DNA of 64,000 nucleotides from an uncultured Candidatus Binatia bacterium (GCA_964291295.2 OZ219754.1:32001-96000), one strand, 5' to 3'. Positions 8,690 through 18,648 are shown, counted from the first letter of the stretch. Notes: generated by a model from the letters alone, not told the origin. Made by a program: numbers and translations.

Positions 8690-11600
8690 ATGACGGAAGA
8701 TCAGATGAACCTCGACCTTGCGGGACGGCCGAGTGCGCGCATCATCCTCGACCGCATTCGCGAGGAGAGCCGCGACGAGTCGGAGAAGGGCCGCTGGTTC
8801 GAACAGTTGTTCATGCGGATCGCGCGTCAGGAGCCGGAGTTCGAGATCGACGGAATCTCGCGCTGGGCGGAATGGCCCGAGCGCGAGGCGTTGACCAAGC
8901 TCGACGGGCGCGACATCGGGATCGATCTCGTGGCGCGGCGCACAACGGGCGAGTGGGTCGCCATCCAGTGCAAGTGCTACGACGACCGCCATGTGCTCGG
9001 CAAAGGCGAAATCGACAAGTTTCTCGGCGGCTCGCAACAGCCGATTTTTCGTCTGCGGTGGGTGGTGGCGACCTGCAGATGGGGCCGAAACGCGGAGCGC
9101 GCCATCCAGAACGCCCATCCCGAAGTCAGACAGATCGACTTCAGGCAGCACCTTGACGTTCTGGTCGAAGAGCAGGATACCGGGCGTCCGGTACAGGAGC
9201 CGTGGCCGCTTCAAGCCGAAGCGATGGAGGACGCGGTCAGCGGGCTTGCCAACCACGACCGGGGCCGCCTCATCATGGCCTGCGGCACGGGCAAGACCTT
9301 CACTTCCCTTCGCATCGCCGAGCAGATTGTCGAGGACGGGCAGCGCATCCTGTTCGCCGCCCCGACCATCGCGCTGGTCTCGCAGGCGCGGCGGGAGTGG
9401 CTCCGCCAGACCACGCGCAAGCTTGCATGCATCGTCGTGTGTTCCGATCCGACGGCCGGTGGACGCAACGAGAACGAGGATATCCGGGTCTCCGAACTCG
9501 AATGCCCGGTAACGACGGACCCCGGCGAGATCGCGCGGGCGCTTGCCGGCAACGGCGCGACCCGTGTTGTTTTCTGCACCTACCATTCCCTGGGGCGGGT
9601 GAGCGAAGCTCAGGCACTGCATGGCGCACCGGCCTTCGATCTGGCCATTGCCGACGAGGCGCACCGCACCACCGGAGTGATTTTCGACGGACGCGGGGCC
9701 GGCGATGGCCGCAAGGTGGATTTCCAGGAGTTCCACGACGACGCGCGGTTGCAATCCCGCAAGCGCCTCTACATGACAGCCACCCCGCGGCTCTACACCG
9801 AACGCTCCAAAGGCAAGCTCGCCAAACAGGGAATTGACGTTGTCGACATGGGCGACTACGCGGTCTACGGGCCGGAACTTCATCGGCTTCCGTTCGCCAA
9901 GGCCGTGGAACACAAAATGCTGTCCGACTATCGGGTGATTGTCCTCGGTGTCAGCGCAGGAAGCGTCACGCAGGGGCTGCGGCGGCGTCTCGAAGGGATC
10001 GACCCGCCGGCGCAGAGCAAGCAGGTTCCGACCACCAACGACATGACGCGCGTACTCGGCATGTCGCTCGCCGTGAACGGCGTCACCGAAGGCAAGGCGC
10101 TGGAACAGCCGGGCAAACTCCCGCGCACCATGGCGTTTGCCAACAGCATCGCTCGTTCGAAGTGGTACACCGAAGCGCTCATGGAGAGCGAGGTTCTGCG
10201 GGCAACCACCCGGCGCATGCGGGATGGCCGGGCGATGAAGGTCGTTGCCCGGCACCTTGATGCGTCGGCCAGCGCGCTCCGGCGCAACCAGGAACTGCGG
10301 GAGCTGGCCCATGCCGGCACAGACGGGGAATGTCGGGTGGTGTGCAACGTCAAGCTCTTCACCGAGGGTGTGGACGTGCCATCTCTCGACGCCGTTGCCT
10401 TCCTGGACCCCCGGGACAGCCAGGTCGATGTCGTGCAGGCTGTCGGGCGGGTGATGCGAAGGGCAGAGGGCAAGCGCTTCGGCTACATCATCATTCCAGT
10501 CGTCATTGAACCAGGCCGGGATGTCGCGGCCGCGCTTGAGCGGGGTACGGAGGGCTACAGGACGGTAGGACGGGTGCTGCGGGCGCTCCAGGCCCATGAC
10601 GGACGCCTTGCGGAATCGCCCGCCAACTTCATCAAGGTCTACGAACAGTCCGGATCAAGAGTGCCGGGAGATCCCACCAGTGGCATGGTCAGCGAGGGCG
10701 AGTACAACCAGCGCGAACTGGATCTCAAGGAGGCCGAGCAGGGAATATACGCACATGTCGCCGCGGCGTCGGGGCTCGGCAAACCCGGACAGCTCGTCGC
10801 CGACGAGATCGCCGATGCAGTCCGGCGCGCCAGCGCCGTGCTCCAGGAAGAAGCGATGGAAGGACCACTCGCGGACGCGCTTGAGCTCATGCCGGAAGAC
10901 AAAGGGGGTGCGAAGGGGGTCTGCACCATCGCCGCGCTCATGCTTTGCAACGCCTGCCTGCTGCAACGCCGCCTGCGTGACGAACCGGAGATGAGTACCA
11001 TCGAGCGGCTCGACAAGGTGGCGGGAGCACAGCACCCGAGAAAGTTTCTTGAAGACGCATGGGAGGCGATCCTTGAAAAGGACTATGTGCCGGTATTTCG
11101 ACCCGCGCTTGCGGTGCTCGGAGCCTTGCGCGACGGCAAGGCGATTGATGATGCCATCCGCATGGTCGCCGAGTGCGCCAACCGTGTCGCCGATTCCCTG
11201 AGCGATCTCGGCTACGACCACGCGGGGCCGCTCTACCACCGCATCCTTGGATCGGCGAAGAGTGACGGGGCGTTCTATACCAACAACCTGTCGGCGCTCA
11301 TGCTGGCAAGGCTGGCGTTCACGCGGGATTTCGTCGACTGGTCCGACCCGGAGGCGGTTGCGAAACTCCGGATCATTGATCCCGCGTGCGGGACCGGAAC
11401 GCTGCTCATGGCCACGCTCCGGACCATCAAGGCCCGTGTGGCTGAAATTGGGGGGGGGGGGGGGGGGGGCAGTGCAGGAAACTCCCTGCACAGGCGCCTC
11501 GTGGAGGATGTTCTCTGCGGCCTCGACATCAATCAACACGGCGTTCAACTTGCCGCGTGCAACATGACCCTCGGCGCCCCGACCGTAGACTACGCGCGCA

Positions 11601-13108
11601 TGAACTTGGCCACCATGCCTCATGGTCCCCGGGCGGGCGGGCGGCCGAAGGCGGGATCGCTGGAGATACTGACGGCGGCGGCGGACACCCGGGCAAATCT
11701 GCGATTCATGATCGCCCCGCGCCGCTCGCTTGGAGTCCTGGACACCACTCAAGTCAACGAAAGCAAAGAGATTCGGTTCCCGCTGCGTGACCTTGACGCC
11801 GTGATCATGAACGCACCGTTCACCGCGAACGATAACCGTAGCAGGAAATACGGTGACGAGGGTCGCAAGGCCATGCAGCGTCATGAGCTCGGCATACAGA
11901 AGAGTCTTGCGGATAGAGGAGACCCGATGGCGGGTGCCGCCGTCACGGCGAACAGCATCAGGACATTCTTCACTCCCCTTGCGGACATGCTCATCCGCAA
12001 AGCTTCTGGCCTGCTCGCCATGGTTATTCCCACCACAGCTTGCATTGGCCCGAGCGGGACGGAGGAACGCCGCTTTCTTGCCGAGCGCTTCCACATTGAA
12101 ACCGTCGTGACCAGCCACGATCCGCGCAGGCCCAATTTCAGCGAGAACACTGCCATTCATGAATCGCTGCTGATATGCAGTCGTCGGACCGGAGACGGCG
12201 TCCGCAAGGACCGTTCCACACGCTTCGTTGCCTTGCGCACGATGCCCAAAACGCCTGTGGAAGCGATTGAAGCCGCAGAAGGCATCAAGACGGGTGCTGC
12301 AGGCAAATGGTTCACCGTTTACGAACAGCCGGAGAAACTGATCCGGGCGGGAGACTGGCGACCGTGCCAATTTCTTGATCCGGAGCTTGTCGACGCCGCA
12401 ATGCGTCTCGAAAAAGAAAAAGGGCTCGTGCCCTTGGAGAGCCGATATCGGCTCGGTCCGGCCGGGCAGCGTATTCGAGATGCCTTTCGTCCGGTCGATG
12501 GGGATGGCGACAGCTACCGAGTGTTCTGGGGGCGATCCCAGGATCTGCGGACCACGATGCAGGCTGTTCCGGAGCAGACCGTGGTGGACAAGAAGCCGGC
12601 GCTCGCCGCGCGGTATCGGCAACAGGCGGGGCGCGTCCTTGTAGCAGCGAAGTTCAACACGAATTCTGGCCGGCTCCTCGCCATCTTCAGCGACAGTCAC
12701 GCGCTGGGCTCGATGTGGGTTCCGATTCAGACCACGAACACGGAAGAAGCGAAAGCGTTGTGCGCATGGCTCAACAGCACCCTCGGTGCACTCGGATTCC
12801 TGATGAGGCGAGGTGCGACATTGATGAACCCGTCGTTTTCGCAGGCCGAGCTTGCCACGCTCCGCGTTCCGGACTTCAGGACGGTAAATGCCGGCATGCT
12901 GGCCGCAGCGTTCGAGCAAACCAAAGGCATGCCGGTCGAACCCTGGAAGAAGGCGGCTGACGACGACATGCGTGACTGCCTTGACCGGGCCGCAGCCGCC
13001 ACGACGGGGATCAGTTTGGCATCAATTCGCGACTCAAGGGCGCGGATCAGCCGCGAACCGACCATCGCCAATGAACACGCCGCTGCGGAAAGCGAGAACG
13101 AATGGTGA
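8690..13108 (+). CDS. Type ISP-like single-polypeptide RM enzyme (Mrr-like nuclease + SF2 helicase + N6-adenine MTase + TRD)
   Basis: KGRWFE..DIGIDLVA..AIQCKCY nuclease; MACGTGKT, DEAH, TATP, EGVDVP, QAVGRVMR helicase motifs; GAFYT, DPACGTGT, MNAPF MTase motifs. Start is approximate. Confidence 0.85.
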   Translation: MTEDQMNLDLAGRPSARIILDRIREESRDESEKGRWFEQLFMRIARQEPEFEIDGISRWAEWPEREALTKLDGRDIGIDLVARRTTGEWVAIQCKCYDDRHVLGKGEIDKFLGGSQQPIFRLRWVVATCRWGRNAERAIQNAHPEVRQIDFRQHLDVLVEEQDTGRPVQEPWPLQAEAMEDAVSGLANHDRGRLIMACGTGKTFTSLRIAEQIVEDGQRILFAAPTIALVSQARREWLRQTTRKLACIVVCSDPTAGGRNENEDIRVSELECPVTTDPGEIARALAGNGATRVVFCTYHSLGRVSEAQALHGAPAFDLAIADEAHRTTGVIFDGRGAGDGRKVDFQEFHDDARLQSRKRLYMTATPRLYTERSKGKLAKQGIDVVDMGDYAVYGPELHRLPFAKAVEHKMLSDYRVIVLGVSAGSVTQGLRRRLEGIDPPAQSKQVPTTNDMTRVLGMSLAVNGVTEGKALEQPGKLPRTMAFANSIARSKWYTEALMESEVLRATTRRMRDGRAMKVVARHLDASASALRRNQELRELAHAGTDGECRVVCNVKLFTEGVDVPSLDAVAFLDPRDSQVDVVQAVGRVMRRAEGKRFGYIIIPVVIEPGRDVAAALERGTEGYRTVGRVLRALQAHDGRLAESPANFIKVYEQSGSRVPGDPTSGMVSEGEYNQRELDLKEAEQGIYAHVAAASGLGKPGQLVADEIADAVRRASAVLQEEAMEGPLADALELMPEDKGGAKGVCTIAALMLCNACLLQRRLRDEPEMSTIERLDKVAGAQHPRKFLEDAWEAILEKDYVPVFRPALAVLGALRDGKAIDDAIRMVAECANRVADSLSDLGYDHAGPLYHRILGSAKSDGAFYTNNLSALMLARLAFTRDFVDWSDPEAVAKLRIIDPACGTGTLLMATLRTIKARVAEIGGGGGGGSAGNSLHRRLVEDVLCGLDINQHGVQLAACNMTLGAPTVDYARMNLATMPHGPRAGGRPKAGSLEILTAAADTRANLRFMIAPRRSLGVLDTTQVNESKEIRFPLRDLDAVIMNAPFTANDNRSRKYGDEGRKAMQRHELGIQKSLADRGDPMAGAAVTANSIRTFFTPLADMLIRKASGLLAMVIPTTACIGPSGTEERRFLAERFHIETVVTSHDPRRPNFSENTAIHESLLICSRRTGDGVRKDRSTRFVALRTMPKTPVEAIEAAEGIKTGAAGKWFTVYEQPEKLIRAGDWRPCQFLDPELVDAAMRLEKEKGLVPLESRYRLGPAGQRIRDAFRPVDGDGDSYRVFWGRSQDLRTTMQAVPEQTVVDKKPALAARYRQQAGRVLVAAKFNTNSGRLLAIFSDSHALGSMWVPIQTTNTEEAKALCAWLNSTLGALGFLMRRGATLMNPSFSQAELATLRVPDFRTVNAGMLAAAFEQTKGMPVEPWKKAADDDMRDCLDRAAAATTGISLASIRDSRARISREPTIANEHAAAESENEW
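11450..11469 (+). repeat. G20 homopolymer inside the RM gene (encodes Gly7)
   Basis: ..gaaatt G20 cagtgca..; reading frame currently open. Confidence 0.9.
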
Positions 13109-13316
13109 CTTGCGGCAGCCACGAACGTCACCTTGCCTGGCCTCATCCAAGGGCAGGAAGCGGTTTGGACCAGCCAGCGAATTCTGTCGCTGTTCGGGAG
13201 CGTCACGCTGCACTTTGACCTGACGGCCGGGGCGGTCATGGGCAGGCGCCGCTGACGCAGCCGCCGCCTCCGCGTTCCTCTCCCACCTCTCCCGAGGTCG
13301 TTCGCGCCCCTCGCCA

Positions 13317-13739
13317 TCAATCGTCGAAGCCCGACTTGCCGGTCATCCGGAGGCCCGCCTGGCGCAGCCGGCGGAACCACGGGTAGAAGAAACGCGCTCG
13401 TCCGGGGCTTGCGCCCAGCCATCTCGTCAATCTGTTGAACCAGCCGGATTCGGCGGCGAGGGAACCGAGCACGGTCATGGCCTCGGCTCCCTGGTAACGC
13501 CGCCCTTCCAGCACCAGGATCATGCCGTCCTCGAGGTTGCATCCGCCGCGCCGAAGCGCCTCCACGAGTTCGGGGGCCTGCCTGCCGTCGACGAGTTGAA
13601 GGCGCTCCCCGGACGGGGTTCTGAACCGGCACTTCCGCACATACGTCCGGCAGTAGACGCATTCGCCGTCATAGAGCAGGAAGTGGTCGTGAGGAGAGTC
13701 CGCGGCGGCGTTGCCGCGCGCGGCTTCTGATGAGGCCAA
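13317..13739 (-). CDS. DCC1/DUF393 thiol-disulfide oxidoreductase-like protein
   Basis: LLYDGECVYC motif; size and C-terminal FYPWFRRLR typical of the family. Confidence 0.75.
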   Translation of the reverse strand: MASSEAARGNAAADSPHDHFLLYDGECVYCRTYVRKCRFRTPSGERLQLVDGRQAPELVEALRRGGCNLEDGMILVLEGRRYQGAEAMTVLGSLAAESGWFNRLTRWLGASPGRARFFYPWFRRLRQAGLRMTGKSGFDD

Positions 13740-13817
13740 CTGCGCTCCTTCTCCAGGCCTGTCAGGAGTTGCGTCCGGCTCGCCTGCCGGTGCTCCCCGC
13801 CGCGGGAAGCAGGACGC

Positions 13818-15104
13818 TCAAGGTCGAGGGCTCGCTTGGCGGCCGTGAGAGGAGGAGCCGGAGTCAGACCTCTCCCCTTTGTGGAACACGACCTTGAGAT
13901 GGTCTTCTGTCGCGTCGAATTCGGGTTCCGTTCCATTGTGCTCCCGCAGGAGAGGAATCATCTTGTGACGCACTCCCATCCCGCGCGCGTCCACGTACCC
14001 GTAGTCGCGAAGCACGTCCACGATCAACGGGTTGCGTGCCGATCTCTGGCCCGCGATCATCTTCTCGACGGTCATGGAATTCTGCAATGCGCCCGGGCTG
14101 AGGATTTCGAGCCGGTCCGCATAACGTACGACCTCGATCTCTTCGTTTCGGGTCCAGTCCCGGTGAGCCACTGCATTGACGACGGCCTCCCGAATGGCCG
14201 CAATCGGATAGAACCAACGACGTTCACGGCGCAATGACATGCCCGCTTCCATGGTTTCTTCCGACACGAATGGCCGCATCGCATTGAGGAGTCCTTCAAG
14301 AAGACCGTTTCCCGCGATTTCGGCAGCGCCCCCGGCAGGGAGATTTCTCAGAGCGACCAAAGGGCCGTCCAGGATTCGGTCATCAAGAGATCTGTAGCTC
14401 TTGTCCTCGCCCTGGAATGCCATCCACCGAATACCGCCCTGATGCAGAAGCCGCCGCGGGGAATGGCCGAAAAGCACGAGACCCGCGATGGTACATACCG
14501 GAGGTTCCCTGTCCAATTGACTCATGAAACCCAAGCCGCAAAGCCGCTCGTGCCATTCCGAATCCCTTGCCGGAATCTCCTTGTCCCCCACGATCCGGGA
14601 CAGATAGTTCTTCAACCGATCCCGACCGAGATCGTCCAGCCCGCTACCCGAGACCGGCAGCCGTTCCGCGTGCAGCATGCCGCCCAATGCGTGCAGCCGC
14701 GCCTGTTGCTCCCGTGTTGCCAGCCGGGACGTGCTCCCCAGGCGGATATAGATATCTTCCCGGCCCCGGTCACGCACCACATAGGGCTTGGCAACCCCCT
14801 GGCTCACGGTAACCACCGCTACCCGGTGCCGCTCGTCGACTTGAATCTCCTCATAGAACGGAATGATCATCGGATGGACATGACGACCGAAAACCGTGTC
14901 CATGACCCAGCGTTCCAGATCCTCACGCCGAATGCCGCCAACGGTCCCGTCATCGTCAACGCCGAGCAAAATGCGCCCGCCCTGAAAGTTCGCCAGTGCC
15001 ACCACCTCTCTGGCGAGCTGCTCCGGGCGAAGGTCATCCCGCTTGAACTCCACTCCGGAATTCTCGCCGTTCGCAATCAATTCCAAAAGTTCGGCTCTGG
15101 TCAT
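13818..15104 (-). CDS. AlbA_2 (Schlafen-like) domain + RecG-C/HATPase-like domain protein
   Basis: GENSGVEFKRD..VALANFQGGRILLGVDDDG; REAVVNAVAHRDW; SPGAL..RNPLIVDVL..GMGV. Confidence 0.85.
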   Translation of the reverse strand: MTRAELLELIANGENSGVEFKRDDLRPEQLAREVVALANFQGGRILLGVDDDGTVGGIRREDLERWVMDTVFGRHVHPMIIPFYEEIQVDERHRVAVVTVSQGVAKPYVVRDRGREDIYIRLGSTSRLATREQQARLHALGGMLHAERLPVSGSGLDDLGRDRLKNYLSRIVGDKEIPARDSEWHERLCGLGFMSQLDREPPVCTIAGLVLFGHSPRRLLHQGGIRWMAFQGEDKSYRSLDDRILDGPLVALRNLPAGGAAEIAGNGLLEGLLNAMRPFVSEETMEAGMSLRRERRWFYPIAAIREAVVNAVAHRDWTRNEEIEVVRYADRLEILSPGALQNSMTVEKMIAGQRSARNPLIVDVLRDYGYVDARGMGVRHKMIPLLREHNGTEPEFDATEDHLKVVFHKGERSDSGSSSHGRQASPRP

Positions 15105-15315
15105 TCCAGTCAAACCCGTACTTGCCTTGGCGTTGCTCTCGGCGTTGGATACAGACTCGTTTGCCCCCTGCCACGCCTTCCGGTCGCAACACGCGGGATC
15201 ATGAGTTGCCACTCCACGTGTCCTGCTCCGGAAGCATCCGCCGTGGTCCGGGCACCGTGGTCCCGGACTTGCGAGGCCGCTGCGCGCGAACCTCCGGCCC
15301 GGGTCCGCTTGTCTG

Positions 15316-16764
15316 TCAAGAGACGATGCTGCCGCGCTCGATCACGAAGGTCCGATCCAGCAGGCCGGCGAGGTGAACGTCGTTGGACTCGGCCACCAGC
15401 ACCGATGCGCCTTCCTTCTTGAGGTCGTCCAGGATTTCCACCATCCGCCGGGCGAAGACCGGAGCGATACCCTCGCCGGGCTCGTCCAGCAGCAGCAGCC
15501 GGGTTCCGCACATGAGCGCACGGGCAAAGGCGACAAACTTCTGCTGACCGCCGGACAGGGTGGTGGCACCGCGCTGGCGGAACTCTTCCACCTCGGGCAT
15601 GAGGCCGTAGATCCACCGAAGACGTTCCCGGGAGTTGCCCGCGCCGGTGGCCCAGACGGGCAACAGGATGTTCTCCTCGGCAGTGAGTTCCGGCACCAGC
15701 CGGCGGTCCTCGGGCATGAAGCCGATGCCCAGGTGCGCACGGCCATGGGCCGGGACCGCGGCGAGGTCCATGCCGCCAAGCTGAATCCGGCCCCGCCCCA
15801 CCGACAGCGCCCCCATGACCGCGCGCATGAAGGTGGTCTTGCCCGCGCCGTTGCGGCCGATGAGGCCGCACATGGATCCCGACGCGACGCGGAGATGGAC
15901 GCCGCGCAGGACCGACGTGGTGCCGATGCTCACGTCGAGGTCGCTGACGGCCAGCGTGTCCTCGGCGGACGGGGGACGCCCGGATGCCGCCGCGGGCGAT
16001 GCCTTCGCGTCCGCCGTCGGCCCCTGGCCCAGTACGTACTCGCGGACGCCTTCGTCCTTCAGGGCCTGGGCGGTGGGGGCGTCGCAGATGATCTCCCCCT
16101 GATAGAAGGCGAGCACGCGGTCCACGTAGCGTTCGACAATCTCCATGTCGTGCTCGATGAACAGCACGGTGGTGCGCTCCTCCTTCAGCGCCTGCATGAG
16201 GATGTCCATGATGGCGAACTTCTCCTCCGCGCTGATACCGCTGGTGGGCTCGTCCAGCATGAGCAGCTTCGGCTTGCGCACCGCGGCCATGGCGATGTCG
16301 AGCAGCTTGCGTATGCCCTGGGGCAGCGCCGAACCCATGACGTCGCGGTATTCGGCAATCTGGTAGCGCGCCAGATGAGCCTCCACCCGGGCCGCCCGCT
16401 GCTCCTTCATGAGCGGCGTCAGCAGGCCCAATCCGTCTTCGTCGGCAACGCCGAAGGCCATCATCAGATTGTCGAAGGCGGTCTCCGAGAGAAAGACCTG
16501 GGGAACCTGGAAGGAGCGGCAAAGGCCCATGCGCGCGATGGCACGCACCGAGAGGCCGAGGATGTCGCGGCCCATGAATACGATGCTGCCGCCGCCGGGC
16601 GGGAGATGGCCGGTGACCATGTTGACGAAGGTGGTCTTGCCCGCGCCGTTGGCGCCGATGACACCCACGGTCTCCCCTTCCTCCACCACCACGTTGATGT
16701 CGCGGGCGGCCACCACCGCGCCGAAGGACTTCTCGAGATCGCGGACTTCCAGGACCGTGGCCAT
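15316..16764 (-). CDS. Branched-chain amino acid ABC transporter, fused double ATPase (LivG-LivF)
   Basis: Two Walker A motifs (GANGAGKTT, GRNGAGKTT) and two LLDEP motifs joined by an Ala/Pro linker. Confidence 0.88.
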   Translation of the reverse strand: MATVLEVRDLEKSFGAVVAARDINVVVEEGETVGVIGANGAGKTTFVNMVTGHLPPGGGSIVFMGRDILGLSVRAIARMGLCRSFQVPQVFLSETAFDNLMMAFGVADEDGLGLLTPLMKEQRAARVEAHLARYQIAEYRDVMGSALPQGIRKLLDIAMAAVRKPKLLMLDEPTSGISAEEKFAIMDILMQALKEERTTVLFIEHDMEIVERYVDRVLAFYQGEIICDAPTAQALKDEGVREYVLGQGPTADAKASPAAASGRPPSAEDTLAVSDLDVSIGTTSVLRGVHLRVASGSMCGLIGRNGAGKTTFMRAVMGALSVGRGRIQLGGMDLAAVPAHGRAHLGIGFMPEDRRLVPELTAEENILLPVWATGAGNSRERLRWIYGLMPEVEEFRQRGATTLSGGQQKFVAFARALMCGTRLLLLDEPGEGIAPVFARRMVEILDDLKKEGASVLVAESNDVHLAGLLDRTFVIERGSIVS

Positions 16765-16771
16765 GCCCTGC

Positions 16772-17749
16772 CTACGCCTCTTCCTTTTCTGCACGGAGCG
16801 CGCCGCTCCCGCTCCGGCGCCGTTCCACCAGCGACCACAGGCCGTTGGGCAGGAACATGATGATGGCGAGCAGCGTTCCTCCCATGATCAACTGCCAGAT
16901 GCCCGGGAACAGGTCGAAGGCATAGGTGCGGATGAGTTCGTACATCAGCGCGCCGATGAAGGGGGCGCTGACGTTCCCGGTACCGCTCAGGATGGCGATG
17001 AAGACGAAGTCCCCGGACACGGGCCAGTACACCATGGAGTCCGGGTCCACGTGACCGATGGTGAGGGCGGCGACGGTGCCGCCGAATCCGCCAAGGAGTC
17101 CGGAAATGACGTATTTCGCATGGATCGCCCGCTCCGCCGCATAGCCCAGATAGCCCAGCCGGATCTCGTTCTCGCGCACCGCGGTGGTCATGTTGCCCAG
17201 GGTGGAGCGCAGGTACAGGTGTACGAGGACCGCGACGCCCCAGGTCAGGAGCGCCGCGAAAACGAACAGCGCGGCCTTGTTGTCCGCGCCCACGGGAGCA
17301 TACCCGAGATACGTCGTCGCCTCCAGGCTGATGCCGTCCGTGGACCCCAGCTCCTCAAGCTTGGCCAGGACGCCGTAGAGGATCATGGAGAAAGCCATGT
17401 TGAGCAGCGCGAAGAAGATGCCCCGGTACTGCCGCAGCAGGAACCCCAGTCCGAAAGCGCACAGACCGGCGGTCAGCGTGCCGCACGCGATGGTCAGAAA
17501 GGCGTCGGTGATGCCCAGGTACCGACTCATGAGGCCCACGGTGTAGGCGCCGAACCCGAAGTAGAGGGCGTGGCCGAAGGAGATCAGCCCGCAGCGCCAG
17601 AGCACCAGCAAACCCAACGCCACCGCCCCCCGGGCCATGGAGAGCGTCAGGATCAACCGGAACCACTCCGGCACCACGAAATTGGCGAACAGCAGCGCGG
17701 CGAGGCCCAGGGTCAGGCCCAGGAGCGTCTTGTCCTGGCGCCAGTTCAT
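16772..17749 (-). CDS. livM: Branched-chain amino acid ABC permease (LivM-like)
   Basis: GLISFGHALYFG.GAY, GIFFALL, AVRENE.R; hydrophobic. Confidence 0.85.
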   Translation of the reverse strand: MNWRQDKTLLGLTLGLAALLFANFVVPEWFRLILTLSMARGAVALGLLVLWRCGLISFGHALYFGFGAYTVGLMSRYLGITDAFLTIACGTLTAGLCAFGLGFLLRQYRGIFFALLNMAFSMILYGVLAKLEELGSTDGISLEATTYLGYAPVGADNKAALFVFAALLTWGVAVLVHLYLRSTLGNMTTAVRENEIRLGYLGYAAERAIHAKYVISGLLGGFGGTVAALTIGHVDPDSMVYWPVSGDFVFIAILSGTGNVSAPFIGALMYELIRTYAFDLFPGIWQLIMGGTLLAIIMFLPNGLWSLVERRRSGSGALRAEKEEA

Positions 17750-18648
17750 ATGCGTCTCTCCCTGGCCGGCGCGAACAGCCCCTGGGGGCGGACGATCAGC
17801 ACCACCGCCATGATCATGTAGATGACGAACAACTCCAGGGCCGGCTCCTGGTGGACCGCGAACGCCCGCGCCACGCCCACGATGGCCGAGCCGATGAGGG
17901 CGCCGGGAATGCTGCCCATGCCGCCGATGACCACCACGGCGAAGGCCAGCACGATCACCTCCACTCCGATACCGGGCTGGACCGAGATTGCCGGCGCCTG
18001 GTAGGCGCCGCCAAGGGCGCCCAGGAAGGAACCCAGCATGAAGGTGAGCAGAAAGACCCGGTTGACGTTGATTCCCATGGCCTGCGCCAACTCGCGGTCA
18101 TGGATCACCGCCAGCAACAGCTTGCCGAAGGTGGTGCGGTTGAGCCCATACCAGAGCGCCGCGGCGATCACCGCCGCCAGCAGCACCATGGACAGGCTGT
18201 AGTTGTCGAAGGGAAGCCCGGCGATCTCCGTCTGGCCCAGCAGGCCCAGGGGCTCCGGGGCGAGATAGGGATCCGTGCCCCAGATCAGCAGCAGCACGTC
18301 CTCAAGCACCAGGAACGCCGCAAAGGTCGCCAGCACGATGATGTGCTCGTCCTCGTGGTAGAGATGACGGAGCAGGCCGCGCTCGATGACGAGGCCGAAG
18401 ACGACACCGAGGAACAGCGCCGCCAGCAGCATCACCGCGAAGGCGCCGAACTGGGGCCAGTCCAACTGGAAATACAGGATCAGCAGCGTGGCCGTGAGAT
18501 AGGCGCCGAAGGCGTAAAGCGCCCCGTGGGTCACGTTGAGGAGCTTCTGGACCCCGCAGATGACGGTCAGGCCCACGGCCACCGTGAACAGGTACGAACC
18601 GTAAACGAGACCGTCGACCAGGATGATGAGTAGCAGCTCGGGATCCAA
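17746..18648 (-). CDS. livH: Branched-chain amino acid ABC permease (LivH-like)
   Basis: GLVYGSYLF..GLT..LNVTHG, AFAVVVIGGMGS.PG, RPQGLF. Confidence 0.88.
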   Translation of the reverse strand: MDPELLLIILVDGLVYGSYLFTVAVGLTVICGVQKLLNVTHGALYAFGAYLTATLLILYFQLDWPQFGAFAVMLLAALFLGVVFGLVIERGLLRHLYHEDEHIIVLATFAAFLVLEDVLLLIWGTDPYLAPEPLGLLGQTEIAGLPFDNYSLSMVLLAAVIAAALWYGLNRTTFGKLLLAVIHDRELAQAMGINVNRVFLLTFMLGSFLGALGGAYQAPAISVQPGIGVEVIVLAFAVVVIGGMGSIPGALIGSAIVGVARAFAVHQEPALELFVIYMIMAVVLIVRPQGLFAPARERRI

